64,000 bases of DNA, from assembly GCA_963666985.2 (NCBI GenBank), contig CAXXIA010000001.1:256001-320000 (forward strand). Reading direction: 5' to 3'. The notes under the pieces were generated by a model. That model was not told where the DNA came from and ran no database searches. It worked only from the letters and a program-made list of their open reading frames with translations. The position numbers were made by a program, and so were the translations under genes. Positions 57,687 through 64,000 of this stretch are shown here, one piece after another. Numbering within the stretch: position 1 is the first letter of the stretch; the number at the start of each line of letters is the position of its first letter. The stretch comes from Spirochaetia bacterium. Lineage in GTDB: Bacteria; Spirochaetota; Spirochaetia; DSM-2461.

Positions 57687-60326
57687 ATGAAGAAGATCCA
57701 CATCGTCCCCCATACGCATTGGGACAGGGAATGGTACAAACCCTACGGTTTTTTCCGCACGAAGTCCGTGTTCGTCATCGACCGGGCGATAGAGGCCTTG
57801 GAAGAATACCCCGGATTTCGGCATTTCATGCTGGACGGACAAACCTCCGTTGTTGAGGACTACCTGAGAATCCGTCCGTCGATGGAGACTCGGCTGAAGA
57901 AACTGGTTTCCATCGGGAAATTAGCCGTAGGTCCCTGGTATATTCAGCCCGACGAGTTTGCCCCCGACGGCGAGTCGCTGGTGAGAAATCTTCAGATCGG
58001 CATTGCTCAAGCCCGAAAATTCGGGCGGTGCATGATGGTGGGGTATCTTCCCGATTCTTTCGGTCATTCCTCGCAGATGCCGCAGATTCTCAAAGGATTC
58101 GGTATCGAAACGGCCGTTGTGATGCGGGGCGTGGACGCCGAGAGCTTGGGAAACGGTGAATTCCTCTGGGAATCGGTTTCCGGTGATTCGGTATCGGCGA
58201 TTTATTTGGTTCAGGGATATTCGAACGCCATGTTTCTTTCCGATAAAAAGGAAATTAATCTGCAGCGGATGAAAAAGCTGGCCGGAGAACTTTCGCAGTG
58301 GACCCGATCCGATACCGTTTTGGCCATGAACGGCGTGGATCATGCGTTCGCCCAGGAGCAGGCGGCGGATCTTGTTTCGGAAAAAGAAGGCATCTTTCTG
58401 GGATCTTTGGAAGAGTATCTGGAGAAGCTGGACTTGGAGCCGGCATCACTGCCGCGGCTGCGCGGAGAGCTGATTACGCCGGTGCATCATCGGGTTCATA
58501 CCAGCATCGCGTCCACGCGGATGCGTCAAAAAATTGAAAACAGACTTTCTTCCGCTTTTTTGGCCAGAACTTTGGAACCCCTGTGTGCGCAGGCCTGGGT
58601 TGAAGGAGCTCCGTATCCGTCGGATCTTATTGACGATGCCTGGAAACTGCTTCTGCAAAATCAGACTCACGACGGAATCGGCGGCTGCTGCACGGATGAA
58701 GTTCACAGGGAAATGGATCAGCGGTTTGTGTCCCTGCGGCAAACGGGATTAACCCTTGCGAAGAATTACAGCCGGGCCATTGCCGCCGCGGTGCCGAACG
58801 ACGGATTCCATATTACGGTGTTCAATACCAGCCTGCGGGCCGGAAAGGTTGTTGTCCGCGCGAAAATTCTTTACGACAAACCTTTTAAGCTGCTTGACGC
58901 CGAGGGTGAGGAAGTTCCCTATCAGATTCTTGAAAAGCAGAACATCGACGTAACGCGAATGTCCATCTGGACGCTCTATCTGTGCGACCCGCATCCGACT
59001 CCTCAAACGATTATTCTGTTCGAATGCGATTTTAAGGCCGCTTGGGCCCGCAGGAGTTTCCGCATTGTTCCCGGCCGGCCGTCCCGGGTCGAATGGCCCG
59101 AAGAGGATGTTTGCGACATAACCATCAATAAAAACGGGAGTGTTGATATCACGGATACGGCATCCGGGGAAACCTACTTCGGACTGAATGTCTATGAAGA
59201 CGTTGGAGATTGCGGAGACAGCTATAATTACTGCCCTCTGAAGCGGGATCAGCGGATTCTGAGTACGTCTTTTCCGGCGGATATACGCTGTGTGGAGCAG
59301 GGACCCATCCGAATGCGTTTTGAGATTCGGCAGAACATCAGCCTTCCGGCTTCATTCGACGAGAAGGAAGGCTGCCGCTCGGAGCATTTTGTAAAAGGAA
59401 CGGTTACAACATCGGTTTATCAGTACCGGAATTCTCCTTTGGTGGGATTTTCCGTCGATATCGACAATAAAGCGCTGGACCATCGTCTCAGGGCTCTTTT
59501 CCCGCTGAATGATTTCGCGGACGAATCTTTTGCCGAAACGCAATTCGGCATAGTCCGCCGGTCCACGAAGGTTCCGCTCCATAACGAAGGATGGCCGGAA
59601 GTACCGCTTCCCATTTATTCCATGCAGCGATTCTGCGGTTTGGATTCCGGCGGCAGAAAGCTGGCGGTACTGAATCGCGGGCTGACCGAGTATGAGGTTT
59701 ACGGGGACGGTAAGAATTCGACTTTGGCCGTAACTCTTCATCGGGGAATCGGCCGGATGGGAAGAGACAATTTGTCGATTCGTCCCGGACGTCCCTCGGG
59801 ACTTCTGATGCCCGTACCGGATGCTCAAGAAAGGGGACGTTTCAGGAGAGATTATGCCGTGCTGGTCGGAGAAGCGGCGGATGTTTCGGGTCTGAGCGCC
59901 CGGGCCGACCATTACGATGCCGAAATTCTTGCCGTGCAGAATCGGCTCGACTGGGGGGTGCCCACCGAAGGAAATGAAATCTTTTTTCAGGTTATGTCCA
60001 TTGAAAATCTTCAAAGCGGCCTTAAGAATTCATTCGATAAGGAATGCGAAGGCGACAGGAAATATCTCTCTTTGAGCGAGGGACTTTTAAGCATAACATC
60101 GATTAAAAAGGCCCGTATCGGCGATGCTCTGGCCGTGCGGATGTATAATCCCGGTCCCCGGCCGGTCGGTGAGCGGCTTTTCCTGGGATTCAATCACGGA
60201 TCCGTATCCGTCACCGATTTGATGGAAGAAAATCCTCGGGAATTAGCGGGAAGTGATTGGTACGACCTTCCCGAGCTGGCCGCCGGAAAAATCTTAACTT
60301 TGAAAATAGAGAAGGTGGTTTCATGA
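57687..60326 (+). CDS. GH38 alpha-mannosidase (MngB-like)
   Basis: HTHWDREWY, FMLDGQ, GPWYIQPDE, YLPDSFGH, NGVDH, NQTHDGIGGC. Confidence 0.92.
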   Translation: MKKIHIVPHTHWDREWYKPYGFFRTKSVFVIDRAIEALEEYPGFRHFMLDGQTSVVEDYLRIRPSMETRLKKLVSIGKLAVGPWYIQPDEFAPDGESLVRNLQIGIAQARKFGRCMMVGYLPDSFGHSSQMPQILKGFGIETAVVMRGVDAESLGNGEFLWESVSGDSVSAIYLVQGYSNAMFLSDKKEINLQRMKKLAGELSQWTRSDTVLAMNGVDHAFAQEQAADLVSEKEGIFLGSLEEYLEKLDLEPASLPRLRGELITPVHHRVHTSIASTRMRQKIENRLSSAFLARTLEPLCAQAWVEGAPYPSDLIDDAWKLLLQNQTHDGIGGCCTDEVHREMDQRFVSLRQTGLTLAKNYSRAIAAAVPNDGFHITVFNTSLRAGKVVVRAKILYDKPFKLLDAEGEEVPYQILEKQNIDVTRMSIWTLYLCDPHPTPQTIILFECDFKAAWARRSFRIVPGRPSRVEWPEEDVCDITINKNGSVDITDTASGETYFGLNVYEDVGDCGDSYNYCPLKRDQRILSTSFPADIRCVEQGPIRMRFEIRQNISLPASFDEKEGCRSEHFVKGTVTTSVYQYRNSPLVGFSVDIDNKALDHRLRALFPLNDFADESFAETQFGIVRRSTKVPLHNEGWPEVPLPIYSMQRFCGLDSGGRKLAVLNRGLTEYEVYGDGKNSTLAVTLHRGIGRMGRDNLSIRPGRPSGLLMPVPDAQERGRFRRDYAVLVGEAADVSGLSARADHYDAEILAVQNRLDWGVPTEGNEIFFQVMSIENLQSGLKNSFDKECEGDRKYLSLSEGLLSITSIKKARIGDALAVRMYNPGPRPVGERLFLGFNHGSVSVTDLMEENPRELAGSDWYDLPELAAGKILTLKIEKVVS

Positions 60327-60577
60327 AAATCTCCGTTAAGCTGGTTAACCGTTTGGGGCTTCATACCAGGCCTGCCAAGGCGTTCGCCAAAGCCGCGGCC
60401 GCGAGTGAAGGCGATGTGGCCGTTTCTTTCGGAGAGAAAACGGTGAACGGAAAATCCATGATTGCCCTGATGTCCCTCGGCGCGCCGTGCGGCGCCGAAA
60501 TAGACGTGGAAACGGATGAAGATTCAACGGACTTGAGCGATGCGCTGTTGAAGATCCTTGAGACCCACTATGACTGA
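60323..60577 (+). CDS. ptsH: Phosphocarrier HPr
   Basis: GLHTRPA (His15) and NGKSMIALMSLG (Ser46). Confidence 0.92.
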   Translation: MKISVKLVNRLGLHTRPAKAFAKAAAASEGDVAVSFGEKTVNGKSMIALMSLGAPCGAEIDVETDEDSTDLSDALLKILETHYD

Positions 60578-62312
60578 AAACACTTCCGGGAGAACAACGC
60601 TTCGGGGGCTCGGTGTTTCCGATGGTCTGGCCATGGCGCCGATTCGAATGCTCCGTGCGCAATCTTACCAACCGGATTCGGGAACGGATCATCGTATTGA
60701 TTTGGAGCAGTCCCGTTTCGAATCCGCGACCGAAGAGGTTCGGAAGGAAATCGGACGCATCAAGATTTCAGCCGACGGCAGGCATAATGAGTGGACCGTC
60801 GAGATTCTTGAGAGTCATCTTTTTTTTCTGGAAGATCCCGAATTCATCGGCGGCGTAACCCGCCTTTTGGAATTAGGATATCAAGCCGAATTCGCCGTAA
60901 GCCGAGTACGGGATGATCTGATCTCCATGCTTGAGCACAGTAAAAGCGAACTTATGAGGGAGCGCGCCGCCGATGTCCGGGACATTTGCGGCCGAATTAT
61001 CCGATCATTGCGCGGTGAGAAATCCTCGAATCCGCTTGTTTGCGACGGGCCCCTAATTTTGGCGGCGGAGGATCTGCCGCCGCTGGACGCTCTCTCGATG
61101 GACCCCCAATACGTGAAGGCCGTTATTACGGAAAAAGGAGGCCCCAACGGTCACAGCGCCATCGTGGCCCGGAGCCTCGGAATCCCGGCGGTTGCGGCCG
61201 TTCCCGGCCTTCTTTCGGCGGTTTCCGAAGGGGTTACGGCCGTTGTCGACGGCTGCGCGGGATCGGTTGAATTGAATCCGGCCGAATCCAGGTGCCGCGA
61301 AGTCGCCCGAATCATTGCGGCGGCCGAAAAGCGGAGAAATCATCTCAAGCAGTTTCATGATGAGCCGGGTCTCAGCCGCGACGGGCGGCATCTGGTCTTG
61401 TACGCCAACGCCCCTCCCGGAGGGGATACAAAAGCGGCAAAGAAGAACGGAGCCGAAGGCATCGGTCTTTATCGTACGGAATTTCTTTATATGGAAAGCT
61501 CCGTTTCTCCGGATGAAGATACGCAGTGTGAAGTGTATCGTCGGGTTCTTCGGGAAATGGAGGGCCGTCCGGTGATTTTTCGAACTTTGGATGCCGGAGG
61601 GGATAAAGGCATTCCCTACCTTGATTTTCCCAAGGAGGCGAATCCGTTCCTCGGACTCAGGGGAATCCGATATTCTTTGGAGCGGCCGGATCTTTTTCAC
61701 ATTCAGCTCAGAGCACTCTTAAGGGCCGGATTCGGGAGTGAACTTTTTATAATGTTTCCGATGATTTCCGTCCCCGACGAATTGGAAAAGGCCCGATCTT
61801 GTGTCGAAAAAGCCGCTGATGAACTGAAAAGGGAAGGGCTTGATTACAACGGGAAACCTCTTCTCGGTATGATGGTGGAAGTTCCTTCGGCCGCTTTGAA
61901 CGCCGATGCTTTTTCCCGCAGGGCCGATTTTTTCAGCATCGGGACGAACGATTTAATTCAGTATGTTATGGCCGCCGACAGAATGAGTCCTCAATTGGCT
62001 TCATTATACCGCTGTGCGGATCCCGCCGTTCTTAAGCTGATCGACGGAACCGTTCAAGCGGCCCATTCAAGCGGCATCAAGGTTTCCATTTGCGGGGAAG
62101 CGGGAAGCAATCCTCTCTTTCTTCCTCTTCTTCTGGGACTGGGACTCGATGCGATCAGTATGAATCCCCCGCTTATTCCGGCCGCGAAGGAAAGTCTTTC
62201 ACGTTTGGATTTCGAAGAATGCCGTTTGCTGGCGAATGAGTGTCTTCAATGCGGCTGCGCCGATGCGACGGAAAAGCTTCTCGGGGATTTCAACTGTTCT
62301 CTTCCGCGGTAA
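60570..62312 (+). CDS. ptsI: PTS Enzyme I
   Basis: ERAADVRD, GHSAIVARSLGIP, GIGLYRTEF, EANPFLGLRGIR, MVEVPS, SIGTNDL, CGE. Confidence 0.95.
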   Translation: MTENTSGRTTLRGLGVSDGLAMAPIRMLRAQSYQPDSGTDHRIDLEQSRFESATEEVRKEIGRIKISADGRHNEWTVEILESHLFFLEDPEFIGGVTRLLELGYQAEFAVSRVRDDLISMLEHSKSELMRERAADVRDICGRIIRSLRGEKSSNPLVCDGPLILAAEDLPPLDALSMDPQYVKAVITEKGGPNGHSAIVARSLGIPAVAAVPGLLSAVSEGVTAVVDGCAGSVELNPAESRCREVARIIAAAEKRRNHLKQFHDEPGLSRDGRHLVLYANAPPGGDTKAAKKNGAEGIGLYRTEFLYMESSVSPDEDTQCEVYRRVLREMEGRPVIFRTLDAGGDKGIPYLDFPKEANPFLGLRGIRYSLERPDLFHIQLRALLRAGFGSELFIMFPMISVPDELEKARSCVEKAADELKREGLDYNGKPLLGMMVEVPSAALNADAFSRRADFFSIGTNDLIQYVMAADRMSPQLASLYRCADPAVLKLIDGTVQAAHSSGIKVSICGEAGSNPLFLPLLLGLGLDAISMNPPLIPAAKESLSRLDFEECRLLANECLQCGCADATEKLLGDFNCSLPR

Positions 62313-62383
62313 GCGGCGGCGGATGAAAGCACCGGCACGCCTCGAAACGCCAAGCGGCGGCATGCGTCGGAGTCGGCACGCCT
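62311..62383. repeat. Degenerate 41-bp tandem duplication
   Basis: AAGCGGCGGC at 62311 and 62352, and CGGCACGCCT at 62333 and 62374; both offsets are 41 bp. Confidence 0.5.
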
Positions 62384-62412
62384 TGCTGAAGATCTATTCC
62401 GTATGGATTCTG

Positions 62413-62649
62413 TTAGTTTTCAATGGCCGTTACGCTGATGGAATCGCCCTCGGGTGTAATTTCGCTGCTTGGTAATTCTCCCGTATCAAGAAGATAACGA
62501 ATTCTCGCGCAGGATGTTTTCGTATCATGGTTCAGACAATATCTGTGAATCAGTTCTCTGCGTTCAACCTCGTGATTCATACGATTGTTCCAGTAGAAGC
62601 CGCAATATTCGATATAATCGCAAGTACTCTGTGTTTGACCGGACCGCAT
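62413..62649 (-). CDS. Small Cys-rich hypothetical protein (78 aa)
   Basis: GGAG SD before ATG 62649. The C-x4-C...YC-x8-CAR pattern suggests metal binding. Confidence 0.6.
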   Translation of the reverse strand: MRSGQTQSTCDYIEYCGFYWNNRMNHEVERRELIHRYCLNHDTKTSCARIRYLLDTGELPSSEITPEGDSISVTAIEN

Positions 62650-62927
62650 GGAAAACTCCCTGAAATCAATAAGCAAAAATTAAGCCAATCTCTCTTTTCC
62701 GCTTAATTCTTATTATGTGAGGTGATTTCCAAAAATCAGCGATTTGTCTAACAAAGCCCTTCTAAAGCGAATCCGGAGGGTTTTCGGGCATCGGATATCA
62801 GGAATTTCATGAATTATGTAATTGCCGCATGTTATTATTGAAGATTTTTCATGAAGATACTTCACAAATGATCGGCATATGCAATCCGCATAAGCAATGC
62901 ACATCGCATATGAATTGGGATGAGGGC

Positions 62928-63563
62928 TTAAGGTTGGAAGGGGCCGATTCCTTCCCGGATTACCACGGCCGATTCCCCCGTAAGATCCAAGACCGTAGTG
63001 AGGGTTTTCGAGAGGGCACCACCGCCATCGAGAATCAAATCTATTCCGGCGACGGTTTCCAGTTCCCATCCCATTTCGAAAAGATTTTCCTCGGCGAATT
63101 CCGGATTCCACCAGTTCGGATCCTTCATGGTTCGGGCCGCCGTCGTGGAAAAGATCGGCTCGTCCAGCGCCTCGACAATAGCCGGCGAGACAGGATCGGA
63201 AGGAATGCGGATTCCGACTTCATGTCTTTTCATACCGGTGAGTTTTTCGAGCTTCTGCGTAGCTTCCAGGATGAAAACGTAGGGACCGGGGGTGAATCTG
63301 TGGATGAGTTTGTACTGGGACGTGGACATGTTCACCAGCCGGGAAATTCTCGAAATCTCGGAAGTGATCAGAGTGAACGTGTATCCCCGTGCTCCGTCTT
63401 TTAGGTTTTTAAGTTTCGCGATTCCCGCCGCCGAAGAGGAAGCACAGCTGATATGCCAGGATGTATCGGTCGGATGGGCCACAAGTCCTCCCGAACGGAG
63501 AATATCCGCCGCGCGTTTTAGAACTCTATCGTCTATATTGTGAGGGATGATGTATTCGATCAT
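62928..63563 (-). CDS. Sua5/YciO/YrdC family threonylcarbamoyl-AMP synthase-like protein
   Basis: GGLVAHPTDT, PGPYVFIL, VGIRIP, TTVLDLT, IREGIG. Confidence 0.88.
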   Translation of the reverse strand: MIEYIIPHNIDDRVLKRAADILRSGGLVAHPTDTSWHISCASSSAAGIAKLKNLKDGARGYTFTLITSEISRISRLVNMSTSQYKLIHRFTPGPYVFILEATQKLEKLTGMKRHEVGIRIPSDPVSPAIVEALDEPIFSTTAARTMKDPNWWNPEFAEENLFEMGWELETVAGIDLILDGGGALSKTLTTVLDLTGESAVVIREGIGPFQP

Positions 63564-63704
63564 GATTCCGCGGCACTCGGCTCCTTTTTACATTTTTCTT
63601 GGAAGCGGTTCGGAACAGCATAATCTTTCCGCTTGATTAGGGCGAGACGGCAGTGTCTCAGTTCTTCGATTCTCCATGTGTGGAGGTTTCGCTAAAATTA
63701 TCGT

Positions 63705-64000
63705 ATGCGATTTGATCGATTGAAAGTTTTCTTTAAAACGATCGATTCCCTCATTCTTGTTGTTTCCGCCGTATTGATGACGGCCGCAGGGTGCGCGGGA
63801 GATCCTCGGGAAGATACCGGCTTCTCCGTTCCCGGATTTTTTTCTTCGGAGCGTTTCGTTTCGGAAGGAATGTCGGTGATTGAAGGGGCCGGATGGACGG
63901 CCGTGAAAAGCTCTGTTTCTGAAGGCGGCCCGATTCCGGCCGTGAGGGCCGCCATCAACGGGGATGGCGATCTGCTGGGCGATCACGGTTCCTCCGATCT
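63705..64000 (+). CDS. Lipoprotein, partial (runs off the window end)
   Basis: Open frame MRFDRLKVFFKTIDSLILVVSAVLMTAAGCAGDP... with lipobox AAGC. TAAAAT lies 6 nt upstream of the ATG. Confidence 0.65.
   Translation, partial: MRFDRLKVFFKTIDSLILVVSAVLMTAAGCAGDPREDTGFSVPGFFSSERFVSEGMSVIEGAGWTAVKSSVSEGGPIPAVRAAINGDGDLLGDHGSSD

Noticed and set aside
62311..62383. CRISPR array
   Set aside because: Only two degenerate units with 10-bp matches, and no cas genes in the window.
63588..63986. Minus-strand 132-aa and 86-aa ORFs
   Set aside because: They are shadows of the plus-strand lipoprotein starting at 63705.

Overview
Bacterial chromosomal window, most likely from a free-living spirochaete (Spirochaetaceae-like). 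That assignment is inferred from CheX, an archaeal-type cmk after yicC, and many lipoproteins. I recognised no rRNA, tRNA or CRISPR array. Contents from left to right: (1) an AT-richer sigma-54 catabolic island with a PrpR-like activator, a decayed flavin ene-reductase, a TRAP transporter, a LeuC/LeuD-family hydratase and an AHL-lactonase-family hydrolase; (2) a MATE exporter and a ~1650-aa single-ORF fusion of a periplasmic domain, apolipoprotein N-acyltransferase (Lnt) and a GH13 alpha-glucosidase; (3) a membrane-bound Cache-Hpt-HATPase CheA-like kinase lacking a CheW domain, with cheX and cheY, next to HD-GYP and GGDEF genes; (4) housekeeping genes (dusA, murC, yicC, cmk, malQ, a second dus and others); (5) a sulfur-relay operon (split YeeE halves around TusA, an atypical TrxB, two rhodanese lipoproteins) followed by an IS1182-family element with hairpin ends; (6) a lipid-carrier glycosylation module (GT2, two SMR-type flippase-like genes, ATP-grasp, NitT/Tau-type ABC importer, convergent GT-C); (7) ldhA, an acyl-ACP thioesterase and a self-contained fructose-family PTS/GH38 operon with its own HPr and EI. 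Many first-in-operon genes look leaderless. The best candidates for an undescribed system are the Lnt-GH13 fusion, the sulfur-relay operon, the receptor-kinase/CheX/CheY module and the lactone/dicarboxylate island. All family calls come from motif recognition by eye; no database searches were run.
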